A DNA stretch of 62,230 nt, counting the filler, from Sphacelaria rigidula (lineage: Eukaryota): the NCBI GenBank assembly GCA_964200075.2. It is 9 parts of 9 records of this genome, joined end to end, with 100 filler letters (N's around TTAATTAATTAA, not from the genome) between each part and the next. Parts side by side here need not be neighbours in the genome. Positions count along the whole stretch, not along the records: positions 1 to 6,826 come from CAXNAA020017886.1; positions 6,927 to 13,752 come from CAXNAA020017887.1; 7 more parts are not named here. The stretch is one strand, 5' to 3'. Position 1 is the first letter of the stretch. Each line of letters begins with the position of its first letter. The notes below the pieces were generated by a model that was not told the DNA's origin, made no database searches, and was given only the letters and a program-made list of their open reading frames with translations. Positions 1-12,800 of this stretch are shown piece by piece. The position numbers and the translations under genes are program-made.

Positions 1-1309
1 GAAAAACATCAACGAGTGCACTCGTCTCGACGAGTGATGGCTCGTCCGACGTATGGAAGTTACAACATCCCACACTCCCAACAGGTTCGTATACAATTTA
101 GCGTCTACAACAGACTCCGGCTAAGGACGCAAAATGAATGTTTACATGCAGGAGGAGACGATAGCTGTTCGAGAGACATGGGAGAGTTCACAAATCATCT
201 TGCTTGCCAACACTCTGAGCGGAGATCAGCTTCAAAAGCTCACAGACTGTGAGCAAAATTTGGGAATCAATCGATCAAACGGTGAGTATCGATATATTTT
301 AAAGTGTAAGCGGAAAAGTGATGACAGAAACCCGTTCTTGAAGCCCGATCAAAAGTGATCCTTTCCGGAAAAATAATTTTCGCGATGCTTGCTAGGGCAT
401 CAGTCATTCAACGCCACTCCAAAAACTCAAGTTTCTTGCCGTTGTCGAGCGAACAGTTTTTTTTGTTGTGGGTGGTGTTGAGTAAACATCAGGGGAATGG
501 ATGTTGGAGAAAACCATCAAGGGCCGTAGAGGTTCTGCTGCTGCTGCCAAGAAAAGATGTCGTCGGGAGAGTAAGAGAAGATGGTTTCGGGAGAGATAAA
601 AATCTTGGGTTTGAGGGAGGGGCCGTAGAGGATATCGAAATAAAGATGGAGTCGCACTCACGTTTGTTGTGGTCATTAATTTCCAACTCCAACCGTGGGG
701 TTTTTGTTTCAGCTTCCCCATCTTTTACAACTTTTTAACAGTCAGTCACGAGCTCTGCTTCTCGGGGTGAAAAATTCACAGACCTGCGGCTGCTCTCGAA
801 AATCGCTTCCCTTCCATCTAAGGCAAGACCTCTGCCCGTCGCCGCCATGCGCGCCAAGTGTTTAATGCCAATTTCATGACGCGCTCTGTGCTCGGCTATT
901 TTCCGCTTCCGCATGAGCCCGCGCACCGCGTCGCGCTCGGCGTTGGGAATCTGCCCTATGTTTCGGTTGGTGTCAGGAATACATTGAATGGAGGATGACA
1001 GTCCCAGGACAGTCGACAGTAGACAGTCTCAATTTCAGAGTGGGGTTCGAGGACCGAGGGCCTAGCTCATCCCGAGATATAATATTTTAAATTTGATGGC
1101 TTGGACGAAGGAGATCCGTGTAATACATATTGGTAGGGATGGATGACTCAAGCGACTTTACGCGGTTTATAGACCTGTCACTCAAGATCAGATCGCCATG
1201 TGGACTCCTCCCATCACGGGCACATGGACTTCAGGAGCTTTATGGAGGTCACCCATCACAGAGTCCGGCAATCAGACCCGCAATTCCACCTACACAATGT
1301 CCCTAACCT

Positions 1310-3730
1310 TAGGTAACAATGGTGGCTAGAGTCTACAGCACCCCCAAAGTTCTCTACTACCAACAAGTAGTTACATCAGAGCTTGACAAACTCAGACATC
1401 ATTGGTGCCTGATAGGACCGTCGTTTCCCGCAAAGAATAGCTATCTCATCCGCTGCTTTCGACAACAGCTCCATACAAGCTTGCCCCACTTCCAAACACG
1501 AAGAACTCGCAAGAGATCCCAAGAAAATATCGTCCATCATGAACATGCAATCACGCTACTTGCATCACTTCGAGTTACAAAAGCGATAGCTAGCGCCAAA
1601 TTCTCAAATCTTCGCCCAAAACAAGTCTCTCGACTCTTCATCGGCACGAAACCGGAAATATCAGCGAACGTCCAATTCCAGAGCATTCGTGACTCATCGT
1701 CCCTCTCATCCAAGACAAGGTACTTGTCAACATACAAAATGCACTCCGCATCGTACGGCGGCGACGACAGTGAAGCATCGATTGACATGGTGCAAAGCGC
1801 TGGGGCCGCAGGAGGGATGGGTTCTCGATACAGCATCGCACTAAAAGAATTGTACGGTGATAGTACCCGAGAAGGCGCTGATGGATCGCGGACTAGTGGT
1901 GGCCAACTCGTGGTTGTCACATCGTGAACGTGGGCGAATGATGCGTGACATTGTTCATACCTTGCAGATCATCATGCAGGAAGGGAGACGCGATGCTGAT
2001 GCCTGGGTGGGTTTGGTACTTGCCGTGCAGTGGGCATTGCACACTGATTTTTTGGACTGCTGTGATAGCTGTAGCTGTATCTATGATGCGGGGAGCAACA
2101 CCACGGTGTGGACGAGATTATAGCCGGAGAGCTGCTGTTTCTCAGGAGCGGGCTGGAGGACTACAAAGAAGGTATTACCTGAGGTGCTTGCTGTTGTGGT
2201 GACCGCCGAGTTGGTTGCTGATGTTGAGGAGCAAGTGCTGAGGTGAATGAGTGCTTGTTGAGAATGAGGAAACACATAATGACTGGTATTCGCGAATCGT
2301 TTTGATAATGATTGCAGCTTGTTATTGTGTGGTTTGTGGTCATGCTTGCGCATGAAACATGGTTGTTGAGCGAGCATGATTGTATCGCATGTGCAGGGTG
2401 AAATTCTGGCGTACACGTGGATATTTCAGATGTGTGTGTGTTGTGCTGATCTGGTTGGCACGGAAGATGTATGGTGTTTGCTGCGAGGAAGGTGGCATCG
2501 CGTGTGCTGAGTGAAATAAATGCTAGCATGCATGTGTGGAATTTCCGCTACATTATGTTACTGCGCATGGTAACTGGCGAAGAGTCAGGGTGAGGAAAAA
2601 TTTAATATACTGCTGTATGCTGGATGAGATGAACTTCGTATATTCCTGCTCACACAGACCCGCGGCGGAGTTCTCGTTGTGCGGTTTGTGGGCCCTGACT
2701 GTAGGAGATGGTGATTGCTGCTATTGGCGTTAAAATGCGTAGGCTCGTATGTGCGTAATGAAAGCACGAGTGTTTCTTGTGGTTGAAAATGACTGATCTT
2801 TGGCTATGGAACTTCTTTTGAGGGAATATTTCATTTCCGTCTGGAAGATCATTTGTCTCAGGAAGCGGTGCAGGTGAGCTGCAAGTCTGTTGGGATATGA
2901 ACTGCATTTTACGTCGCGGTTGGTTGACTGATGGAATATCACGGTCCTGAATCCAATTTGGAATATTTTATCTGGGTGCTTTCTGGGGTGTACTCGGTAA
3001 TAACGAGTTTGAGAACAATATCACTACGGGTGAATCAATGATGGCGGAGGTCGAGACCCGTTTGCCGTTATCGGATTGGTATAAATGGCTTGATCAGCGG
3101 TTTGAGTTATGGCTTCTTCTTTTTTTTTGGTATGCTCATCAGTTGAGTGGGGCAATGAAGCATTCACAAAGAAAGGGTGTGCGAGGCATACCATTTCACG
3201 GAGTTAAACAAGCAAGAGGCCAGCTGCGTTCTAGATGTGTTGGATACTTATTTGATTCTAGTTTCAGGTATATTTCTTGGCTGTTGTTCTCCATTGCGCA
3301 GGTGTTGAACGTACGAAAGAGGAATTTGTCGGTTGACCGGTATCGAATGCGAGAGACGAATTGTCACCATGGCTTCAGAATTTGAAGTTCGTTGACTTTT
3401 ACATTTTTTGCCGGTTTGGAGTCAGGAGACTTGTTTGAGGCATGGGTTCGAAAATTGAGCGTCAGCTATCGCTCCATGACTCGCAGCGACGCAAGTAGCA
3501 TGATTGCGTGTTTAGGATGGACGTTTTGGATCTCTTGCGAATTGTTCGGAAATGGGACAAGCTTGTTCGGCTGTTATCATATTCAGCAGTAGGGAATGCC
3601 ATTCTATGTGAAAAATGACGGTAGACTTCAGCAACATGATGTCTGAGTTTATCAAGCTCTAGCTTGACTACTTCTTGGTGGTAAGCGAGCTTTGGGGGTG
3701 CTGTAGACTCCGGGCAACATTGTTACCTTG
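1310..3730. repeat. Diverged inverted duplication, arms about 1310-1690 and 3360-3730
   Basis: aggtaacaatg...gagtctacagcacccccaaag...agagcttga(c/t)aaactcagacatcat occurs on opposite strands. ORF-track peptides TRSDASSVIAC and TRSDASSMIAC confirm it. Confidence 0.75.
1775..2290 (+). mobile_element. Degenerate Ty3/Gypsy integrase core
   Basis: Broken peptide TWCKALGPQEGWVLDTASH*KN ... VANSW...RMMRDIVHTLQIIMQEGRR...WVGLVLAVQWALHT resembles rve motifs (W..FG.P...SD...F; NG..ER; W...L..VQ.ALNT). Confidence 0.65.
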
Positions 3731-4029
3731 ATTGAGTACATGACTGCAGTGGAAAAAATGCATAGCAGGCGTTTATAGGCTGGTTGATGGATAACCGGTC
3801 TGAGAGTATGATCGGTGGACTCTATGATGTATGATGTTTGCATACGAGATGCGGAGGTTACTTCCGATAACGAAGACTGTGTGTTTGTAAACAACAACTG
3901 TCTTGAAGTCTCCAAGCCCTAGTGGGGGAGGAAGCCCTTGGAGTAGTCTTATGACCTTGTTCCGAGTTCAGGAGGGCTCTGTAGGGCCTATTCAACTCTT
4001 ACAAGCCAACCCCTCCATAGGTGGACTGA

Positions 4030-4475
4030 CCTAGCCCATCATCACCATAGATGTGCCTGATTGTTGAGACTGGGGACCTTCGAAGGGGGAAAGCGCATCA
4101 AATAACTGTCATAGCAGCGAGTAGGATGTGGATAACCACAGTGCGGAGCATCTTTGATGGGTGTTTGAGGTGCGCGTTGCAGAGTTTTGCACGCCTCACA
4201 CCGTTATTCCGAGTTCTCCTCAACCCCCTCAGTATTTTGTGGCTTGGTTCAGCAAGGAAGTGGGCGTGTGTACCGGAGGGTTACAGTCCCAGGACAGTCG
4301 ACAGCAGACATTTTTTGTTCTGGAATGAGTTTCAAGGACCGAGGGCCTAGCCCATCATCACCATAGATGTGCCTGATTGTTTGGACTGGGGACCTTGGTG
4401 CGCAAGTAGCGCATCAAATAACTGTCATAGGAGCGAGTAGAATGTGTATATGACTACAGTGCGGAGCATCTTTCG
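4030..4475 (+). repeat. Direct repeats: 4030-4155 vs 4347-4473; also 4284-4356 vs 999-1071
   Basis: cctagcccatcatcaccatagatgtgcctgattgtt occurs twice. acagtcccaggacagtcgacag...ggaccgagggcctagc occurs at about 999 and 4284. Confidence 0.7.
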
Positions 4476-4533
4476 GCAATGTTTTTAATGTAATGCTTTC
4501 GTGAGATTGAGAATGAAAAAATGGTCAAGTTAA

Positions 4534-4630
4534 CCCTTAGACCGCGAGATTAATCTTTCTGGATCATGCATACTTTTTTCACTTGAAATTGATGCCGATT
4601 CAACTGAAGACTAACCTCGCGGTCTAAGGG
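4534..4630. mobile_element. piggyBac-like MITE (97 bp)
   Basis: Perfect 15-bp TIR CCCTTAGACCGCGAG / CTCGCGGTCTAAGGG flanked by TTAA on both sides (4530-4533 and 4631-4634). Confidence 0.75.
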
Positions 4631-6417
4631 TTAAGCCTTTGATCGTGCGGGTAGGTCACCTGCTGAATCGGCATCAATGTACACTTGAAAAAAGTATGCA
4701 TGATCCAGATGGACTACCCGAACCGCGGTCTAAGGTTTAAAGCGAATGACGGAACCCACTGTCAATCAACACCCTACTCTCAATCTGACGAAAATATTGT
4801 CAACAGTGAACGGTGAATTTGTGACCGGAGTTCACCTTACTGAGGGGGTGATATCTGTTATGTGCACCCGCGACAGTGTGCCGTGAATGAATGTGGTCGC
4901 CTTACTGCCGAAATATTTGAATTTCGGACAGAAAAACGACCCTATATGCTGACTTGCTCTGGCACCGAAGGTGGTTTTCATATCACGCTGTGCACCTTCA
5001 ACAATGCACTGTGATTTTGTTTCCTTGCGATGGCTTCTTTCTCAGCCACCTGCATGAATGCCAACTTGTTTTTATGCTCAACCCCTGCAACAAGCACTAC
5101 TGGGGATTTTTTTCAACGCCGTGCACCTACCTGCGAATCGAATCCTTCCTCTGCTTTGTTTACTTCATCATATGTTGTGATTCTCGGACTACCTACAAAC
5201 TCTGTTCATATCGAAGCTGCAGTCGCGGATTCCTGGCTCTTGGATCCTCCCTTTGCTGTAAACACATCGTTGCATTTCCTCTCTGAAACAACATACAAGT
5301 CGTCATGCCAACTGGAGATACACGTCAAAATCGACGATCGAACGGCTGAGGCGCTAGGAAGAATAAGACATCCTCGCGTCTCTTCTCATCATGCCAGAAC
5401 GATTTTTGTGTGCTCACCGGGGAGGCGAACCCCCTCCCCGCCACCCGCAAAATAAATTAAGGAGAGAGACAACGGCGAACACACTCCGGCCTTGTAGTCG
5501 GTATGAATTTAAAAGCATCAGTCATGCAGTTTTGAATTTATACAGTATTCCTTTAAACAAGGTAAATATTTGGGTGAACTTTCCTATGGTGTACGTTTGC
5601 AAATGCCGAGCCTTTCTCCGTTGTATGATGTTTTGGCTTTTTTCGCTAGCTGGTGGCAGTTGGTCTGTGTATGTGCACATGTGAGTTGTGTTGTGGGTGT
5701 GCGTGCCGTGGCCGACACTATCTGCCGGCTCTCTTCTGCACGAGTGGACTTGGAAATGGTGTCGATTGGACCGGCGGGTCTACAATATTATTGGTTGAGA
5801 GCTGGCGGGCAACCAATCGGGAGGACGAAAGAAGAACGAATCACGAAAAACGCTAGAATCTTTCTCATGACCACAGCGTGATCATTTTCATTCGGTGAAC
5901 ACAGGCTCATACTTACGTATCAACTCAGACCTCCCCTCCGACATTTCCTCCCCGATCCTCTCTGTGCTAACTTTTCTCTTGCTTTTGTTGAGGATGGAGG
6001 GTTGGTCGGGAGACTCCTACGAGGAGCCGACTTTGACACTCCAATTTTCCTCGGCGACGCGTACCATTCTAGCGCTCTTTTCGTGCTGTGTGCTTCGAAT
6101 TGGAATGCCATCGGCTGTAACCTTCTTTTTGGGGGCACGCCCCGCGATGGGAAAAAACAAAACATGACTTTCTATTCATGTAGATTTTGAGGGGAAGCTT
6201 GAGAAGCACTCGAAAAGCGGTCCAACCCCAAAATGTGTCGGCGGTGGGTAGGTGTGTGCGGCCTCTGAATGAAGAGGGCGGGCGTCACCTCAACGAACAA
6301 TTTTCGCATGTCAAGGGTGTAGACTAGAATCAAGTGCATCTAAGGAAACGAACAAGTAGTGCATCGTCGGTAAAACATTGTCGAATAGCCCGGACACTTT
6401 TCGGAGGCCAAGCCCCC

Positions 6418-6700
6418 CCAACATGAGCCGTGGCTATCTCTGGAAGTTGCGATACCAGAAAATGAAGCAACTCATTGTAGGCTGTCATCCAAATGCATGA
6501 TCATCAGCAGGCTTCGGGCCNNNNNNNNNNGCCCAACAATCTTAGCAGGAGGCAGCTCACCCTCATGCGACTGGCCGAACACGCCATGACGCTTCGTGCT
6601 TGGTAATTGATTGCGAGCCTGGTCCGGCTTTGTAGGGATACGTCAATGGTCTGATGACTATGCATGCATGATCATGAGTACACCCTCCCGCGCGCCCATT
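6418..6700 (+). mobile_element. 5'-truncated family S copy
   Basis: Shares gccgtggct..ctctggaagt..gcgataccagaaaatgaagcaactcatt and ends tcatgagtacaccc. Confidence 0.7.
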
Positions 6701-6749
6701 CGCACCTCTAACGGTGAGGCAGGCTTTCGTAGTGGTTACGGTAAGCCGT

Positions 6750-6826
6750 GTGTGACGGTTTAAGAGACAACCAACTGGACTACTGACCGGTCAGCGCTGA
6801 CTAGTCAGTAGTCCAGTTGGTTGTCT
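6750..6826. repeat. Family T1-related AGCGCT-centred hairpin at the contig end
   Basis: agacaaccaactggactactgac-cggtcagcgctgactag-tcagtagtccagttggttgtct is a near-perfect palindrome. Confidence 0.65.
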
Positions 6827-6926
6827 NNNNNNNNNNNNNNNNNNNNNNNNNNNNNNNNNNNNNNNNNNNNTTAATTAATTAANNNNNNNNNNNNNNNNNN
6901 NNNNNNNNNNNNNNNNNNNNNNNNNN
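6827..6926. other. Artificial contig-joining spacer (also at 13753, 20679, 27605, 34531, 41456, 48381, 55306)
   Basis: Identical N44-TTAATTAATTAA-N44 linker (stops in all six frames) between equal-length segments. Confidence 0.97.
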
Positions 6927-6927
6927 C

Positions 6928-7095
6928 AATCACCAAGCGCGAAGCGCCGTGGTGTGTTCGGCGAGTCGCATAAAGGGTGAGCTTCACCCTGCTAAGATTG
7001 TTCGGCCCGAAGCCTACTGACTCATTTGCATTTGGATGACAGCCTCCTATCAGTTGCTGTACTATTTGGTATCGTAACTCCCAGAAATAGCAACG
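6928..7095 (-). mobile_element. Family S internal fragment
   Basis: Reverse complement of the family S core (caatcaccaagcgcgaagcgccgtggtgtg...). Confidence 0.65.
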
Positions 7096-7201
7096 GCTTA
7101 ACCACTACCTCATGGCTGTCTCAAAATTATCCAGGGATACGGCAACAACCTTCGGCTACTGAGCTACACTGCAGGGAACAGAGCCAACAAGACGAACACT
7201 G

Positions 7202-7404
7202 CAAGGGCAGGTCGAGTAGAGTATACTCAAATGCGAGGTATCTTGAAAGAGGTACTTGGTACTCAAACTAGGGTAGAGTAGTGGGAGTCGTACCCCCAAA
7301 ATAACTGGAGAACAATCCTTGAAACCCTACCCCCAATTTATATACTTCAAGTACGACTTTCAAAATACCCTGCAGTTGAGTATACTCTACTCGTCCTACC
7401 CTTG
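7202..7404. mobile_element. MITE of TIR family H (8-bp TSD; hAT- or P-like)
   Basis: TIR CAAGGGCAGGTCGAGTAGAGTATACTCAA. TSD GAACACTG / GAACCCTG (7 of 8 match). Confidence 0.8.
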
Positions 7405-8139
7405 GAACCCTGTACGCTGAACAGAGAAGGGAAGCCGATGTCACCACCGCGGGTATCAGTCGGCCTAGACGGATGCCCCCGTACTAGACATGTAAAACCG
7501 CGGTTACTGCATCCCTCGCCCCCTCAAGCCAAAGACGAGAGAAGTGTGCAGAGCTTTCCCGCTGCGGGCATTCCGCTTATGCTTCGACAAAGGCTCAGAG
7601 TCTTGTGGTTCCACAGCCAAGAAGCCATATCTGGCAACCGGGCAGAGCTGACGCGCCCGAGCACGTTCCCCTCCGATGGTTGAGATCCGGGGGACTCCGC
7701 CACGCCGTAAAACGCGGGCGGACGCGGGCCGCAAAGTCTTGAAGGGACGGATGGTTTTGTTGGGAAACAGTCGTCTCTTATAACGGGTATAAACCGTTCA
7801 AGCAAGACAATTTCGATTCTGAATAGGAAACGATTTACTGCGGTACCCCCGAGTACTATTCTACATGTTTTGATTCGAGCGATGTTCCTCAAGTACCCCC
7901 ACGGTTGTCACAAATCATACCCGAAAGGAGTGTGTGCCAGCACTTTCGCTAGGTAGCTCAGACACCCTTTGGGACCTAGAGGAGAGATTATTTTGAAAAT
8001 CCGTACAATTGACCCTGAGCATACTCTGCACAGTATTGCATTGTTAGGTGGGTTTCGCAGGCAGTAGGCTCGCCGACTCGGTGGCGGGATAGATGGATGA
8101 TAGATAGGTGATAAAGCACATCTTCTGCATTTATATCGC

Positions 8140-8830
8140 ACCCTGGACAATGCAATATGTTTCCAATAAATATTAGTCGATAATATTGGAATTTTGCGAT
8201 ATATTGCCGGCGTAATATATATTTATTGGTACCCTCGGACTGCACACGTATTGCGCACTCAATATATACTGATGTCGTGGGACTGCATACACATTGCCCG
8301 CCTAATATATATTGGTACTGTGGAGTTGAACGCATATTGCTCCATTAATATATATTAGGGCAGCGTGGACGACAGCATATTGCACGACCAATATATATTG
8401 GAGTCGCATTGGTGAGAACATATTACCCGGTCAATATATATATTGGATCTGCGTGGGTGCCGATGTATTGGCCGGTCAATATATGTTGGATACCATATGG
8501 TATACGCTCTGAGGAAGATCCAGACGCGATGGATGCCGGAGCCCGTGCAGATTGGGAAAAGCTTCAAAGGGAGTCGCAGAAGTTCGCGTGCATGACTACG
8601 CAGAGTAGTCGAATGCATTTGACACATATATACAGTATCTACATACTAGCTAGAAAACATGGTGACAGAAGAGGCGACCTGGTATATATGCCTCCTGATA
8701 CCTAAGTGGTCACCGGTGCGGGGCCGCCTATCGCCTTCCCAGCATGAAATACATATATCTTGGCGACACATCACGATAACAGAAAACGCGGGTTGATATG
8801 CGCCTTTTGGTACCCCTGTGGTCACCGGGG
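8140..8830 (+). repeat. AATATATATTG minisatellite (~40-bp period) plus a dispersed core shared with 46190-46500
   Basis: Repeated aatatatattgg at 8140-8490. The core ccagacgc.atggatgccggag.ccgtgc.gat.gggaaaagctt recurs at 46191. Confidence 0.7.
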
Positions 8831-9679
8831 CTGTGTTGCTTATACCCTGATCAATACAATATGTTCCAACATGATACCAATACTTTGTATTGGAGCCAGC
8901 TCAAACATCGTTCTTTCAATATATAACAGAGGATTCTATAAAATGAGGTTCATCAATGAAATGAGGTTTGAAGACCCTAGCCGTTGAATGACGAAAAGCC
9001 CTCAGGAGTACCGCACGACACTGCTGATGCGCAATTTTGAGGAGGAGTAGGAAATGCGTCCGTGGTTTCACATGCCGTCCATCCCTGGTTAGCTGCGGGC
9101 GACAGAGCACAACAACGTTTGTTTGGTTGTCGACGGATGTTTTCACTGTTGTTCATCTCGAGGCTCGTGTCCAGACAAACATCTCGGGCGTCATGTTGCT
9201 GTCAGCAAGGTCAGTAATGTGATATCAGTGACGTGGTGGGGGGATATCACTGCCAACGCAGTGATGTGCCGAGCGGATGATTGGGCGTCCACTGTCCTGA
9301 AGAATCGACGGCCGATGCACAACGTGAATAGTTTATTGCACGACTCAACCGTACTGCAAATACCCGTCGAGCTTTCCAATCCGGTTCGAGCATATATGAG
9401 GCGGCAATGTCTGTCGAAAGAGAAATCGCTGGCATCCACCCCCAAGATCGCCTCGTACGGTCCCGCCATACACACCATCGCAACACCGCATCATGCTACA
9501 TGACAGCATCTCGACCCCGCCCTGAACCGTACGTTCGCGCCCGCATGCCGACCTGTATGCGAACCTATTGCTTTCACTCTCCAACTGCACCACTGAAATT
9601 CGAGACTCCAGCGTCATCGCTAGTTGCTATTGCCATCACCACCATCATCACCATCGCCATCACTTCCAGTATCACAGTC

Positions 9680-10320
9680 ATCATGGTCATCATCGGGGAC
9701 TACCTCGTCCTCCAATCCCTCTCGACCCGTGTCGCGTCTGGCCCTCAGCCACCTTTGCTCGAATCCCGATCCACCTACGACCAGATCCCCGAGAGTGACC
9801 GCGATAGGCTGCTTCGCGGTGAACCTCCCTTTCCTCTCTCGACTCCCTTGTACACTGGCTATTACAACATGCTGCGTACCATCTGCGCCGCCTATGGCAG
9901 CGGTAATGTACGAGTCTCTGGGGCCGTTGTGCGGTATTTTCGACCTGATCCCCATCACAACACCCTCCCCGCCCGTATCCCATTCCAAATGATAGAATGG
10001 GCACGTGCCTGAGACCTCCAACTACAGGGCCGCTCCCGGCTGGCAGCCTTCCCTGCCGGGTACTACGAGGCGCCTGAGTTGTCTGTTCGATGCGACCAAG
10101 ACCATGCGAATACATTGCTGATGCAGGATTTCTTGAGGTATCGAATCCACGGCCTCTCTAGGCGTGTTGTATACCCTGTACTTTCCCCACAAGGGAATTT
10201 CAGGGTATACGATCTTCTGCTGGCCAGGCTTCGTGATGAGGAACAGCTCGTTCATCTGATCGAACGTCGAACGCTGCGACTGAAATCAACGGTGGACAAG
10301 GTAGAGACGGCCGGCGGCCA
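9680..10320 (+). pseudogene. Interrupted ORF of unknown function
   Basis: ORFs 9407-10012 and 10079-10462 share a frame with one TGA at 10010. The peptide looks globular (MVIIGDYLVLQ...LYTGYYNMLRTICAAYG...FRVYDLLLARLRDEEQLVHL). Confidence 0.35.
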
Positions 10321-10614
10321 CGAACATGGGAAAGTCGATTCGGGATACGGAGGAGGGGCGGTGCTTAGAATCAGCGCTCAGACAGGGGTCTCAAAACCAC
10401 GATGTGTAGTTGTTCCCGAAACCACATGTCCCCCGGGCATCGCGCTGTGGACGCGCCCATAGAGGGACCAGAAAAAAACTGTTTTTTCACGAAGTTCGGT
10501 AAAGCGGGAGGGAAAAAAAGTCGATATCACGCAGTAAAAAAAAGCTACATCTCCAACGGTGCACGAAAAAACAAAAACGCGCACCCATGTCCCACGTTTC
10601 ATTTGAACCTCTCA

Positions 10615-10945
10615 GGGGGGGTAGGGGGGGGGGCGTACTCATTTATTGCTTGCCTTAGTCGTTTGACCATTGACCACGCTTATTTGTCGAGACGGAGCAT
10701 CGTTCCTATTCCTAACAAAGACACCTCCAATATTCCGGCGCTCATTACGTTCCTTCAGCAGCTCACTACGATTTTTCCATACATTACACAAAAACCTTTT
10801 ATATATCTTATCCCCGTTCTGTTTCGCCGTCTCTGGCCACTATCTCCTAGTATAGATATCATCTTCTCCCTACTGCTTAATGCATCAAACGATTGCATAC
10901 CACATTCGTTCACGTCCCGGATTTCCCCCTCTAGCACGTCCCGCG
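10615..10945 (-). mobile_element. 5'-truncated copy of LINE family L
   Basis: Reverse complement matches 18480-18790 (RDVLEGEIRDVNECGMQSFDALSSREKMISILGD) and has a G-tract on the plus strand. Confidence 0.75.
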
Positions 10946-11454
10946 CCGTCCCGTTCGGGTGGAGGGGGGGGAAGGGTTCATAGGTGTGAGGTTTTTTCGT
11001 GCACCCCCGACATCCCTTCAAATCGTGAGACAGTCGCGTACATATCAGGACGCAAACGGCGGTAAAGGGCGAGGGAAGAGAGGACTACGGGGTCACAGAG
11101 TCTTCATCGCCCCCCATGCAGCGCTGTTCTCACCTCCAGCTTGTAGCCGAAAGTCTGTGAAGCACCCGTCATGATCTTTTCGGTCGTGTCGCCTGGACCC
11201 CGAACGAGCAATCCTCCCGTGTCCGTGGGCAGCGCGGATGGGAGTGGTGTCGGCCCCACGTACACCTCGCCGACTGATATCATACTGCCGGCAAAGGTGG
11301 CACATGAGCACACGCGAGGTCGGAGTCATTGGTGTAAGCTACACCTGGCACATCTGATATAAGTCGCGAGTGATCAAATCCGATCCAGTACCTGCACGTC
11401 GGCCGAAGACGCGGCCTAAGGATCGCGATACCTCGAGCACGTTTTTGATTTTCT

Positions 11455-12800
11455 TCCTTTTTTTCTACTGGTTTAGGGCGTTCTATTATGGTAAAGACCA
11501 TTTCCTCACGAGAACGCCTGAACCTCTACGGAAAAAAAGAATGAAGGCCCATTTCGTTATCCATTCGGCGCTCTTTTGCGGTTCTTAACACCAAAATTCG
11601 TCTCCAAGCGCTAAATGCATCGATCGGGAGTGTCATAGAGATTCTAGAATCCCCCTCAGCTATAGGGATTACTAGGCATGGGGTTCAACCAACGAGAAAA
11701 TATGAGCCCAAACGTTCGAGTAGACGGGCACCTTGCCCTTGATTCGACGATTGATACGATATGTGGATCACGGCTCAACTCGACTATGTTGATGAGATAT
11801 TACTTATGCAGCTCAAGTCCGTTTTTAGGCTGGCCCAGCTCGTACAGCAGCAGTGTCGGCGGTTGGGCTCGGGATTCAGTCAGTCATATATCCCGCAACG
11901 TTTGCGGTTGACCGTCTCACGATATCCTCCGACCTACTCTAGCACGCCACTCAGGCCGCTTCTTACGAGCTCGGCCAGCCTGGAGGCGGATTTGAAGTTT
12001 GCAGGCCCATGCTCCCGCCAATATTTGGAGTTGGACCCTGAAATTTAGTGTTTACAACGAAAAGGGCATGGAAAAAAATGACGTCGGTACCTGTTTTTTT
12101 GCATGAGTGGAAGGCATTTTCCTGAAAACCAAAAACTGGATATTGCCCCGGACTGTTAGAAAACATTATTTTGGCACCGAGGTAATTTAGTTCCATGCCC
12201 CATTCGTTGTGCATACCAAATTTCAGGGTCCAACTCTAAAGATGGGCGGGAGCATGGGCCTTCAGAAAACAGGATCGGTCGAAATTCGGAACAGTATTCC
12301 GAAGGCCACCCACCGGCCGGCGTGCGATTTTCGTCTATTGAAATGTTGCGTGGGCGCTTTCCAAGGAAAAATCAACAGAGCAAAGCAGGTCAGTTCTTCA
12401 TTATTTTTGTCCGAGGTTTAGGGCGTTCTAGTATGGTGAAGACCATTTCTTCACGTGAACAACGTAACCTCTACGAAAAAATCTTGGAAAATGAAGGCCC
12501 ACTTTTTTTTTTCTCGCAACACTGTTGTGGTTCTCCGTGCCAAGTTTCAAATCATCATTCTAACAATTGAGCCAAGACATCGAGATGAGGCCCAAGAGCA
12601 ACGTTTGTTTCCCCCCAAAACTCCAATAAAAACACGAAAAAAATACGCATAAATGAAGGTAAAAAGAGTCGCTCTTCTGTATTTTTCCCATGCCTGGAGT
12701 CACCGGGATGTAGGGTGCAAGGAGCAGAGGCAGATATTTTACGAACCCCGCAAAGCCCACCAGACTTTTCGAATCCCTGCAGAGATATTTTACGAACCCC
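11455..12800. repeat. Nested direct (11455-11590 / 12400-12535) and inverted (12000-12050 / 12213-12262) repeats, probably non-autonomous DNA transposon debris
   Basis: ggtttagggcgttcta.tatggt.aagaccatttc occurs twice. ggcccatgctcccgcc...agttggaccctgaaattt has an inverted partner. Confidence 0.6.

Noticed and set aside
8140-8490. AATATATATTGG repeats with variable intervening sequence as CRISPR-like
   Set aside because: The intervening parts are diverged copies of each other, so this is a minisatellite.
11130-11345. Exon-like minus-strand segment (SVGEVYVGPTPLP...FGYKLE|GT)
   Set aside because: It is isolated, has an upstream in-frame stop, and has no partner exons or recognisable family.
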